Origin: Auanema rhodensis
Lineage: Eukaryota; Animalia; Nematoda
Length of the DNA: 64,000 nucleotides
Direction of reading: 5' to 3'
Assembly: GCA_964057225.1 (NCBI GenBank)
Contig: OZ059896.1
Span: forward strand, 6,696,001-6,760,000
Below the pieces are notes generated by a model. That model made no database searches and was not told where the DNA came from. It saw nothing but the letters and a program-made list of their open reading frames with translations. Shown here piece after piece: positions 12,253 through 25,576 of this stretch (positions are counted from its first letter, which is position 1; the number at the start of each line of letters is the position of its first letter). The position numbers and the translations under genes were made by a program.

Positions 12253-13824
12253 ATCTTGATGTTTATTTATAAAATTATATATATATCATTATAGTTACAT
12301 ATATAATTAATATTTAACTAAAATATTATATAATTAATATTAAAATAAATAAAATATAAAGACAATATTAAGAATAATAATAATAATAATAAAATATAAA
12401 ATATGTATGTATATCATAACTATATGAAAAGATTGGCAAAAAGCCTGTTATTCGTTTTGATGTCATTGGATTTTGTTGCTTATGGTCGCTTGTTCAATCT
12501 CTTTGTCTCTCCTCCTATCTCTCAATCTCTTTGTGTACCTCTTTCTACATCCCTCTACTATCCCAAGTAACCTTTTATCTTTAACTATATGTATGTTCTA
12601 ACAGCTATTTTTTCTGTTCATCCATACATCAAACTTCTTAACTTTCAAATCTGATTTTTGTATGTTTTTACTTCTCATATTACCTGGTAAGACAAGAAAT
12701 ATCTTATAAAGAGAGATACACATGACATGTTTTCTTTAAACTTTTCTATTTTTTTCAAACAAAAATAATATAATTACGAATTATAAATATGTATAAATTA
12801 AAAAAAAGTAAGATCAAACTAAGGACATTTAAGAAGAAGATATACTATAGCATATCTTAATTGACATACAACCTTAAGATTAAAGTTAAAACATAAAAAC
12901 AAAAATATATAATATAGATTAAGTAGCAACATGGTTTATAAAGAATATTTAAAATTGAATACAAAAAATTGTATTTGATAGTTATGTTTGGAGGGGATTA
13001 TTAGGTGCAATAGGCAACAGTATGTATGTGTCGGTCAAACATAAGCGGATTACGGTATATATAATATATATAACTTTGTATGTAAATGGTTTTTAATTGG
13101 AAATAGTTAGATGTATGAATATTCACATATTTTGTTGTTAAACATGATGATTGAGCAATTGAGTTCGTGAATGAATGAAAAGAAAAGGACAATTGGAAGA
13201 TTTAAACGGAAAAATTGAAAGTTAACTATGTGAGAATAAGAGTCTGTCGCAATTCTAGAAATAGAAATACATATAGTAATTATCTATATCTAGTCTTTAA
13301 ATTATACTTTTATCTTTTATGTACCGACATATGTAGACTATTACCTCAGTTGGCCTCAGTTACTATTCTCTCCCTCCCTCCCTCTCTCTCTCACTCACTT
13401 TCTCTCTCTCTCATCTGTCCATCTATTCTCTTCTGTTATCTTATTCTTTGAATTTCTCTATTGTCTCTCTCACATGTTACATATCCATTGTTTTCTCATT
13501 GAATGTCTCACCTTGTAATCACCTCATGGAATAACTAGTAGGTAAACTTGTCATTCGTCACAATCAATGATTATTCAATATGATCTATATATCTATTGAT
13601 ATATAAAAGAATATTCTATTAACTATATCATATAAATAAGAAGTTATAATAAAAATATTTAAAAATTGTTTCACATGAACAAGCAAAACAATGTGTTTCT
13701 TACAGATTGTAATGGGAAAAAAAGCTATTGAATGACATTTCATCTTACACTTTTCAATCATTTCAATGAAAAATGTTTTTTGAAAAATTTTGCTAGTAAG
13801 GCATCACCATATGGTTAGCTTCAT

Positions 13825-13829
<5 letters not shown>

Positions 13830-13894
<65 letters not shown>
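13830..13894. repeat. (CT)n microsatellite
   Basis: Pure CT run; similar AG/CT runs near 1500, 2417, 17270, 17770 and 27830. Confidence 0.95.
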
Positions 13895-13898
<4 letters not shown>

Positions 13899-16800
13899 TA
13901 AGTATCTATAAATATATTAGTTCAAGTAGTTCATTTTATGTAAAAATTTCGAACAGAAACTTCATCAACCAAACTTTTTTAGCCGTTCAAACGTCATATG
14001 TTGATTCTCCTTAAAACTAGAATATAGCATAGTGAAACCCGAGGTAAAATTTGAAAAGAAAAGTGAAAAGGAAGAGAAGAGGAAAGAGGGAGAAGTTTTT
14101 TCGGGCAAAAAAAGTTTCAAAGCTACTTATATGTAATAATGAAGTTTTAAAGTTTTCAAAAAGTAATATAAAATACAAATTAAAGTTTATAAAAGTTGGT
14201 ATATTATCATTAAATTATTTTTTTAAAGAAATTAAAAAAAAAGAAGAATTTGTCTGATGTTTGACATTTTCATTTTTGTTTAATGAGTCAATCGACAAAA
14301 AACAAAATGATCTTACAATATACTTTTTATGAAAGTTTTCACGTTAGTAAGATCTAAGAAAAAAAAATCAGAAAATCACATTCATACGATGAAAATAGAA
14401 AGAATTCTTCAGATATCTTGAATATCCAAATAATCTGGTGAGATTATTCGTTTAAATGTCATATTTGAAATGAATAGAAGACTTGAAAATTTTAAAATTA
14501 AAATTAAAAATTTATTTTTAATCGTTCAAAACTTTTTTTTTTTAATATTTCTAAGCTATTTTATTGCTTAACTGAAAGATGCTTAGTATTGAATATAATA
14601 TAACGTGAAAGGAGTTACGTGTAAACGTGAAATCATCAAAAATCATTTTTAATCTTTGAAAAGCTTAAATCGGTTGCATTTATTATATTTTAATTTATTT
14701 TATCAGTATTTTATAGTTAAATGGATTAATAATAATAATAAGAAGAAGAAGAAAAAAGAAACAATTGAATGTAAAAAACTTATTATGATTAAGTAAGTAA
14801 TAAAATTCAAATAAATAAAATAACGATATACATATGTATACATGCAATTAAAAAATAATAAGTTTATAGCTCTATATCATGAATTTATAAATAATATACA
14901 TATAACTATATGTATATAGTTATATATATTATAATTAAGATAACATGAATATTTTTCTTAAGAAAGGAAAAGTTATAAGAAGGAAGATATGTATGTGCAC
15001 GTACATACATAACTCGCAGTTGGCACTTGTAAGCTTTATCGTTGAAAACATGTCGTTTTCTTATTACAATACTTATTTGACAGATTATATAGACGATTAG
15101 ATGAAGCATTGAAAGCCGAAATTCATGAAGATTATGGTGATGACGACAAAAAAAAAGAAAATAAAAAGTACATAACATAGAAATAGTTAGATATGTATGT
15201 ACATGTATATGAAGACGAGAAATTCTTTGTAAAAATAAAATGTAAAAAGATAGAAACGAGGGATAGATAGATACATATGTATGTTGTATGTAAGACAAGG
15301 AGATAGAATGGCTATGAGTTAAGGAATTACTTCGTTCAAGTTCTATCGAAATTTCAGGTGAGTTGTTTGAAAAGATGCGATATTCAATGCTGAATAGCCT
15401 TTGAATAGAATATGAGAAAGATGGATCAAGCTCACATATAGAAGGAAGATTGTAAAGACTGGAGAGAAACAAAGAAGAAGCAAGACATAGTGGCAGTGTA
15501 GTGAGTGGAAAAGCATAAGAGAGCAAGATCTAGAAAAGAGGAAAGGTAAAGAATGTGAGAGAGGTAAATACATAAAGAAAAAAAGGAGGGAATAGAGAAT
15601 TATGAAGAGTAGAATAAAGATTTTCATATTTAAAGTATAAAAGGTTAAAGGTGGAGATGTAGAAGGCAATAGGCCTTTTAACCATTCTTATATTTATGTT
15701 TCAAGCTGTTCGAACAATAGAAAAGCATGTGAAACATATTCATTGACTTCAAATCCTCGATTGAACACTAATAACACTACTATATCTTTATATTTTTCTC
15801 TCTTTCTCTCTCTAACTATATGTTTATGTATTTTCATTACTTTCTTTCACTCTAACACTTCAATAAGGTAGTACTATTCAACTTTAAACTTGTTCATTCG
15901 CTCTTAAAGTTCAATACTTTTCAGTTTAATATATTATTTAACTAATAATGACGCAAACTGCAAATAAAAAAAAATTCTGAGATTGTAAAAGAAACACACA
16001 AAATCGCTTTCTTTTTCCAAATTGAATTGGTAAATAGAATGTTACATAGCTTCACATATATCAGATTATAGTTAGTCAACCATCTTCTCATTGCTATATT
16101 CAACTCACGTCTTCACGATCTTTTTCAATTCTATTCTTCTATTTCACATTAGAAAGTCTTTTTCTTGAAGTCAATTGACCTATGGAAATCTTTATTGAAA
16201 CGACTTTGGCTTCTAGATGAACTCTCTCAGGACTTTAAACTAATCTAGGAAGGATTATTAAAACCTAAAGAGGGCGAAGTCAGTTCCAGATGTTCGGCAT
16301 GATATAGCCCATGTCCGATTTTTTCTTTTTTTTTCCGGCAATATTGTTTCCCGTGTAAAGAGAAGAAAATTGTAAAAAAGTAGCCAAAAAAATCTGAGCA
16401 ATGGCTAATAAAACCAAAATTTTCTGAGATTCTAGAGAAATCATGAAAGAAACGATAGAGAGAATATGACAAATACAAGAGAAATAAGAAGACCAGAGAG
16501 ATTTTGAGCATCATGGGATAATGACCCAAAAGATGGCATAAACGAAAACGGCAAATACGGAGAAAATCAAATCAAAATCATTGAATACCTAAGTTTCCGA
16601 ACTGATGTTGACCAACCTAATAAGTTTGCATAGAGTTGAGAAAACGAGAGAGAAAGATAGATAGTTAGAGATGGAAATATGGAAATGCAGTTGGGCCATG
16701 CAAGGAGTTTCTTGGACACAAACGGAGGTCGTGATCATGCTCGTCACTCAATATGGATGTTTTCCGATTGTTCGCATAACCAATTTTTTTGTTAATAAAA

Positions 16801-17270
16801 GGAAATAAATAAAAAAAGTTAATTGTTGTATAATAAATAATTATAAGAAACATTAGTTGTTGATGAAATTAAAAAGAATAGCCTTAGGCAATACACAATG
16901 GAGATCACGCCCACATATGATTTTGAGAACGCACATAGGGAAAGTAACTACAAATCCTAAGAAAAGCTCTGTTTGATGCTATTAGAGTAACAAAACTATT
17001 TTCTAAAATAAACTGTTGATCCATCAGAATTTCTTTTCCATTAAGATAATTTGAGAAAAAAAAAGAAAAGATTATATAAAAGATGAAATATTAATCGGGA
17101 AATGATTAAAGAAAGAAGAATAAAACGTGGATATTTTTAAAGAAAAGCAATGCTTATCGTTCGACTAAGAGATGAGGATGAGACATTTTCGATGAAGAGG
17201 TAAGAACAATAAGATTTTCAAGGTGTCAGATGAAAAGATTGAACACATATGAATGAATGAAAGATACAGA

Positions 17271-17310
<40 letters not shown>

Positions 17311-20300
17311 GAAGGAAAGAGAGAGTGAGAGGGAGAGGAAGAAGGAAAGAGAGAGTGAGAGGGAGAGGAAAATGGGTAATAAGAGAGATGGAACTCATGT
17401 TCTCATGAAAGTATACGTATCTGACAAGGAAAAGACAACACCGTGTTTGAAGATGGCAATGGTAGATAAGATGAGTTAAGTAGATGTCAACAAGGTGACA
17501 ACCATAAAAGAAATAGAAAAAGGAGAAATGAGATCAGCAAGTAAACGTTTAGCCTGTCACATTTCCATTTTTATATTTATTTCAAAAAGACAAGTAAAAG
17601 AAAAAATTTCAGAAGAAATTATGTTAAAACATAATATCTTATAACCTTTGTTATATTATAACTTATTCAAGATATTAATAATATTAAAATTAGAAAAGAG
17701 AATATAAAAAAAAAGAAATTTTTTGATTGAAATAATAAAAACTTTGTGAATTGTTAAAAGTAGTTAGATAAAGAGAAAGAGAAAGAGAGAGAGCGAGGGG
17801 AGAGAGATATATATATAGAGAGAGAGATAGAGAGAGAGAGAGTTTTTTTTTATTCTTCACTATAGATAAAGTATGTGAAAATAGACATCAAAACGAACAC
17901 CATACGAAAGGAAGGCCGGAATAAACCACACATGTTTTGCCAAGTGACTGAGTTTGTAAATTTATGTGAATGTAGTGCAAAAAATTAGTTTTTTTATTCT
18001 TTTCTAAAGGATAGAACTAAAATATAAGAATTTCAATATAAAGAAAATGTCTAGAGCTATTTGTACAAATGGGAATTAAGCGGAAAATTTGATATAAATT
18101 AGTTTTTTTCCGTCTTTTATCCAAAAAAACTTGAAGCTATCCATGATGAAAAAGAACATTCATGATCTGCAGGAACATGTGAGTAAAAGTTACTTGAAAG
18201 CTTTTCATTGGTGAAAATCCGATAAATTGAGATATGTATATAGAGATTTTCTACTCCAATTTCAGAATTTTACATAAGAAGAGGCAATGAGAAGAAGACG
18301 TGAAGTAACATGGTTCTCACTTTTGCAAGGAGAAACCCCCTCATTATCTATATTTGTGGTCATGGGAATATCAAAAGTATAAGGATAGCTGTTCTATTTA
18401 TAGGAAAATAATCAAATAAAAGTTTATAAGAAACCATAAGATGGATTAATATTAATATAAGAAGAAAATAAAAAAAAATATATTTTTATTAATTAAATAA
18501 ATTATTATTAACTATATGAATATAGTTTTATATCAATATATATATATATATATATATATAAATTTATATATACTTAGAGTTTAACTATAATCAGAAAACT
18601 AAAGAAAATATGTAACGATTGAAGTATTTTAATCCTTTTTTTTCTAAAAGTCTCACCCATAATGTTTCAAGTAAATGCACATAGAATAAAGCCTGTCGTT
18701 CATTTGACAAACGAATAATATTACGAAAAGAGGAGACTTAAAAGATGTATGTACGAAGAGACGAAAGAAGATTGGAAGAGAATCAGAAGGAAAGAAGAAA
18801 GAAAGAGATGGATCAGATAAAAAGATTAGAAAATAATATCTAACATGACATTTTTTTTTGCATAAAACTTTTTATTATAACAAATTATTTAAGTTAAATC
18901 CTTTTTTTTATGAAAAAAGAAGTTATTTTGTAAACAAAATATGTATCAAAGTCTATAAAAGAGATGAATTTAGAAAAATTTTTAATTCTGATATCTTTAA
19001 ACTTATACTTCGTTCTACAGGCTTTAAGCCATGAACATGCAAACATCATAACTTATTTAAAATTCCATTGTTTTTCAAATATCCCTTATAAATCTTAATA
19101 GGGAACCATTATTACATAAATAATAACTTCGAATAAGTTTTAAGTTTGCAAAATGTCAAAAGAAATTTCAAAAAAAAAAGTAGAAATGGTTTTGTAACGC
19201 TTTTTGCAAACTGACTAAGTCTATATATAAACTTTAATTTTATATTTATAAATATACAGTCACGAACATGAAACAAGAAAAATAAAAATAGTTCAAATCT
19301 TCAACTAAAATATCAAAAAAAAAAATTAAAAATAGAAGTTCATTTCACTTAGTTTTAAGCTAAAACTTTTTAGACAAAGCTTACATGAACATGAATGTTG
19401 AAGATATACATAGTAGAGTAAAACATGATTTAACAAACAAATGCTATATGTCTCATATTCACATAATTAGAAGAAAATCTATTTAATTAAAGATTTCTAA
19501 TTAATATTATATATATATAGTATATATAAAACTTTATTTTAGTTTAATATGTATTTCATTTTTGTTGTTGATTGAGAATTAACAAAAAAACATAATTATA
19601 TGTTATTCAAGTTTAATAACGTTTATAATTATCATTTAAAACTTCATTTAAAATTATTTTTCAAAAAATTATGATGAGGAATAGCTTATTTAAACAAATG
19701 TTTCAAGTTGTTTATTATTATGAATCAACTTTTCAAATAATTTTGAAAAGTAATGAACTAAGATTGAAGATGTTTATTTACTCGTATAACTTGAAAACTG
19801 TGTTTTATCTCTACTTATCTTTATTTTAATATTTTAATTATTATTTATCTATTTATAATATTTATTGTATTATAAATAATTATTAATTAAATATAATTTT
19901 AACTAAATGTTCAGTTATGTTTACTGACATCGAAAGATGTTCCTCTATAAGAGGGCTCTTTAGTTCTTCACTTAAACAATCCGTTACATTGATTTATTGA
20001 ACTGATTGACTACTGTTGAGTTCACTCATTTCTTTTTAATTTTTAAACTTTATTGATGCAACTTTACTTTATTTAAAACTTTAATATTTAATTATATTTT
20101 TACATATGAATAGAATAAACATTTCTTTCTCTCTTAACTTTTAAACAAAAAGAAAAGAAACTTTGAAATCTTCTCAAAATTCTTTTTGTGTAATGTTTAT
20201 TACTTTCAAAATCTATATAAAAGATTCATGTTGAAAACTTCAAAAAGTTTGTTTTTGAATGGATATATATGCATAGACATATAGAAATAGTTATTTTCTA

Positions 20301-22719
20301 CTAAATTAGAAGTTATATTAACTATAAATAATAATAAATATTATTTATTTTTATATTTACATACAGTATTTATTAGATTTTATTGTATTCACAATCTCAT
20401 TATTTTAATAATTATTCTTTTTTTTATGAGTAAGACACTAAGTAATAGGATTGAAGTTTAAAAAATTTATAGCATCTGTCATCAATTTTCATCCAAGTTT
20501 TTCATCTTTATAACTTTTTTTTTATTTATATTAACTATAAAAAAATATTATATTATTAGATATTCTATATACTGAACTGTTTCTTCAATTTATTCTCAAT
20601 CGATTTAGATATTGAAGAGTAAATTTCAATGAATTATGTACTAAATATTCTTCTTTAAATTCTGTTCCTTCTAATTGGCTATATCTACACCCAACTACCT
20701 CCTAACTCTAATCTATGCTGTTTTGAATGGAGCCTATTGGAAAAGCATGTTAGAAATATCAGATTCATTTCAGAACAACATCTGATTAAGCATAGATATT
20801 CAATCTTATTTTGATTTTCATTGTATTTTATCTAATGAATCAATCATTTTCATACTTTATATTCTTAATTATATTATATATTCTTTGATAATTTAGTTTT
20901 TTTTTAATCTTTTGAATAGTAAGTACAAATCAATTATTCATACATATATATGTGTTTATAATAATTATTATTCATATATAGAATTTATTTTTATTTTTAA
21001 ATATTAAAATATTTGTTTTTAGGTTTATCCAATATATACTAAATTTACTTTTTATTTCTTTTTTTGAACTTCGAATTACATAATTTATTTTCTCCCCCCC
21101 CCCCTTTTTTTTACCCCAAAGAGTATTTTTAGCATTTTTTCATAAAGATTTTACTAGATTATCTAATTGAGTCTTAAATCTATTCGTGGGAATAACACCA
21201 TCAGACGTTTCACTTAATACTTAAAAGAAGTCAGACTGGATTACAAGATGTAAGATTATGCTTAAGGTCATGTCATTCATAATTGCCTGACCTTTCTAAC
21301 AATTCTTTCTTACTATTTCTGTTATCTTGTAAACTATTTTTAAATATTGAAATGCTTTTTCATGAATTTTCATGTCATATCAATACCTTTTACGATATCA
21401 TACCTTAGCTTACGAATCTGTCCATCAAATTCATCCCTTACTCTTGACAACTGACTACTTCCTCCCATATCCTGCCGCTTAGGCTCTTCCATCTCCCTTT
21501 CTCTTTGCTCATTTCGTCCAAGCCCACCCTTTCTAACTATTTCTCTTTTTCCCTCTCTTTCTCTCTCTTTCTCTTTATTTATCAAATTTGTTTTCGTTCT
21601 CTCAGTCTCTCCTTTCTTCTTCCGTTCTCTTCACAGCTTTTATCTTCTTTATATACACTAAACATTCAGTATAATCTAGAAATATCTATGTGTTGTAATT
21701 AAGGAAGAAAGTAGTAAGATAGGAGATCCACGTGCTTTATTTCTATCAATCTGATGTGAATCTGATTGGCTGTAATGTTACGCACAACAGAATATGCATA
21801 AGAACTTTTGTTCGATTTCATTGTCAACAGACAATTCGTGTGTTCTTCCTGTGTCTACTCAGGTTTTCTACTTCACTTCCAACTTGCCTTAGTGTTCGTT
21901 CACTGGAATTTTGAATATTTTTGAAGCTTTTGTTCAAAGTTATGTGCAATGCTTTTCTTCTCTGATAGTATAATCCACTCTATGCTGGTGGCTATAAGAT
22001 GAGCCATGAGGTTCTAGGTCGTTCAGCCTATTCACGACTGTCAATCACATCATCTGAGCACTAAATGACCTTTGTGTTCTAATTTCATTACATAATCAAA
22101 CGGTACATATGGCATAAGCCCTGCCTCTTCCGCCTAAAAAACAGCCTTAATCTCTCTCACTCTTCCTCTTTCTTTCTGAAGATTTTCTTCGTCTACTTCT
22201 TTTCCTCATCACCAAATCATCATCGTCATGCTCATCATTGGCGGCTTCATATTACAAACATCTGTCACATAGAGATGTTCAAGTTCATGATGCCAATGAT
22301 TGCTTATGAACACTTCCGACGTCATTGCTTTCTCCTCTGTATCGTTCCGAAATCATTGACCTTAAAGAAGATTTGATTAGAATATGTATTAGATATTCTC
22401 ATAATCATCGTAATCTTAACCTTAGACGCCTGCTTCAGACTTTTGAATCTAGTATTAAGCTTCATAAGTCATCATCATCTCATTTAATCATTTCGAAATA
22501 CGAAAATCATAGAACATAAGCTATTTCTTTCATTCTTTTCTCAATGAAATGCTTCTTTATGTTTCATTTCAATTTCATTTATGTATATAACTAGCTTGAT
22601 TTCATCTTTGCATGTCATTATTTCTAAATATAATATTTATATTTTCAGCCAAAATATTCATTTAATATTTGATTTAAATTGAATGTAGTCTAATTGTGTC
22701 ATTCAAAAAAAACATCATT

Positions 22720-25240
22720 ATGTCTTCAACTTCAATTGTTTTTTATTATTTTATCTTTATTTTTACTTTTCTCAATTTGTCATCATCTCAGAAGATCGTT
22801 GTCGTAGTTGGTGAGTTAATAAAATTATTTATATTACTATATATGTATAGTATAGAAATATTCTTTTTTTATTCTTTTAGTTGATGGTCTTGGTGGGTCA
22901 TTATATCATCGATTCTCACATTTACCTGGTTTGAGAACATTTGAAGAGGAAGGTGTCTGGAGTACTAAGCTGTTTCCTGTATTCCCAACTTTACCATTGC
23001 CAACTCGACATAGCTTAATGACAGGCATTTCGAAAATCTTTTTTTATTATATAAAACACATACCTTTTAGGAGTTTTACCACGACGACACGGTTTTATGG
23101 GAGATTATATGTTTGATTCAAGAAGTGGAGAAACATTCAATAATTTTACAAAATCATCAGATTTTGATCGAAAGTAAGTAAAGATTATTATTATTTAGAA
23201 AAAAATAATAAAAATTGAATGATATTTATATGAAAGAATAGTTGGAAAGTAAATTGAGGATTAAAATCTCAGATTTCCCAAGAGAAGGTGAGAATAAAGA
23301 GAACATTAGAGAGTGGATTAAGCATATAGAGTTGAAAGACAGGAAGGCTATTCTACAAAAATCCCAAGAGAACTTAGAATGTCTATAAGAATGTAATGAA
23401 GTTTTATAGAGAATACTAACTAACTCATTCACTATAGATTTTAAAATTTCAAAATTTAATTTATTAACATTTAAATTATATTAATTATATATAACTATAT
23501 TTAATTTGAGACTATGGTGGGCAAAAGAGCCAATCTATGTTACAGCTACTAAACAAAGAGCTAAAGTGGCTATGTTCTTCTTCCCTGAATGCAAGGTGAT
23601 TATTAAATTTGTTTTCTTTATGTAACACACATTCTTTACTTTATATAATTTGATATTTCAAAATATTTAGGTTGAATGGATGACCGCCCCTGCTCAATGT
23701 GTTCCACCAAGAGCAGGTAGATCGTTTGCAGATGAATCAGCTGCTAAAGCTGTTGTTGCTGCAACAAAGTAACATATTTAATTATTATAAATGAAAGAAA
23801 ATTGAATTAATATTTAGATTTCATGATCTCGTTATGGTATATCATCCTAATATTCGAGAAGAAATTTCTAGATTAGGACCAAGACGAGCAAATGAAAGAA
23901 CAGTTCATGAAATTGATAAACTTCAACAGGTAAATAGAATAAAGTTATAAGATTGTAATTAATAAATAACAAAAATAGAAAAAAATCAAAAAAAATAGAA
24001 AAAAATCAAATTTCGCATTTATAGTCATTGGAAAGATTAACAGCTCAAGCTCGTGAACGATTAGATTTGAATGTTATTGTGGTATCAACACATGGATTAA
24101 GTGATGTACCTCGACGTAATGTTAGGTAATATTAATAAAATAATAATTAAAATATATAATTTATATGATATTTATTTAATTTTTTGTTAGATTTCTGGAA
24201 GATTATGTACCAATGGAGTTAATTAATATGACTGTTGGTAGTGGAGCAATTAAGCAAGTGATTACAAAAAAAGGAAAAACACATCAGGTAATAATAGAAA
24301 TTTTTCTTTTCTTTCTTTAATTTTTTAAAATTTTAGGTCTTTACTCACTTACGATACAATAAACCTATTCCACATGTTAAAATTTATTATACAGCTTCAA
24401 AGGTTTAAATTTTCATAATTTGTCAACTTTTTTCTTATAAAATTAAATTTAAATATTAAATATTAAAATAATTTATATAATTAATTTGTGTATTTTATAA
24501 TAATTAAAATAAAATATTTTTAAAGGTTGGTGATATACCAGAATGGTATAATTATAAAAGATCATCAACAGTAGCTGATTTGGTTCTTATTGCACAGCCT
24601 GGTTTTGCTATTACGACGGTGAGTCAATATTCTGAAAAGTAAAATCATAATACTTTTAAATGACAATGACATCATTTTATTTTTAAAAAATGAAAAATAT
24701 ATTGTAAACTTTCAAATTATTTATTTATTTTTATTTAGAGAGATCAAACAAAACAATTTCCATTACCAGAATTAAATGAAATACAAAATGGAATGTCTGG
24801 TTATAATAATCAATATCCTGATATGTTAGGTGTATTTTTAGCATATGGTCCATGTATGTTTATATAAACAAAATATTAAAAAAAACAAAGTTCATTATAG
24901 TATTTCGAAAAGGTTATCGAAAAGGTTCAGTTGAATTATTAGATATTTATCATCTTATGTGTAATATACTTGAAATTGGATGTCATAATACACCACGAAG
25001 GTTAGTTTTCATTATTAATTTGATAAATTTAAATTTAAAACTTACAAGCTAACTTACAAGCGATTTAATATTATTTTGTTTTATAGATTAGTTCGTATTG
25101 ATGATGTATTGACAAGTGATGCACGTGTAGCTATGAGAGCTGGCTTGACTTCTGACGCAGCACTTCTTACTTCTAATTCAAACTTTCATACTTTATTAAT
25201 AATATTATTCTTTTTGTATCTGAAAAGAATAATTTCATAA
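22720..25240 (+). CDS. Type I phosphodiesterase / nucleotide pyrophosphatase (ENPP-like) protein with signal peptide and hydrophobic, GPI-like C-terminus; probably catalytically impaired
   Basis: Spliced: MSSTSIVFYYFIFIFTFLNLSSS-QKIVVVVVDGLGG...LFPVFPTLPLPTRHSLMTGVLPRRHGFMGDYMFD...WWAKEPIYVTA...NVIVVSTHGL...GYNNQYPDMLGVFLAYGPLFRKG...LLDIYHLMCNILEI...TLLIILFFLYLKRIIS*. Confidence 0.9.
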
Positions 25241-25511
25241 AATGATCTCGTAAAATCGTTTAAAAATTGTTTTCTTTTTCTTAAATATTGTCTTGTACTA
25301 AAACTGTGATTGTTTGAGTTTTATGAAACTCATCCAAATAATATTTTATTGTTATGTTGAAAGACTTACCATGTATCATATATTGAAATATTATTTAATT
25401 AATAATATAATAAAGTTGAAACTTTACAAACTTTCATGAGCATTATGAAAAAAAGTGATTAGATAGTAGAGAAAGGAAGGAAGGAAGAAAAGAAAATTCT
25501 ATATTGAAATT

Positions 25512-25576
25512 CCATCCCCGCAGTTATGATGCATTTATCGCCAATGGTGGATAAATGAAACATAACACGGGGATGG
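25512..25576 (-). ncRNA. mir-232: microRNA precursor, miR-232 family; predicted mature 3p at 25537-25515
   Basis: 65-nt hairpin (ccatccccg...cggggatgg). The minus-strand 3' arm UAAAUGCAUCAUAACUGCGGGGA differs at 2 positions from cel-miR-232-3p as I recall it (UAAAUGCAUCUUAACUGCGGUGA), with the same seed. Confidence 0.9.

Noticed and set aside
16270-16612. Possible MITE (tcagttc...gaactga)
   Set aside because: The inverted match is too short and no target-site duplication could be identified.
20711-21305. Possible snoRNAs (atctatgct/agcatagat stem; aaggtca/tgacctt hairpin followed by ACA)
   Set aside because: No convincing box C in the first and no good 5' hairpin in the second.
12300-22600. 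ORFs in the 10-kb intergenic region (and those at 314-2525 and 28169-28766)
   Set aside because: Low-complexity F/L/I/Y/S translations from AT-rich DNA and CT/AG microsatellites.
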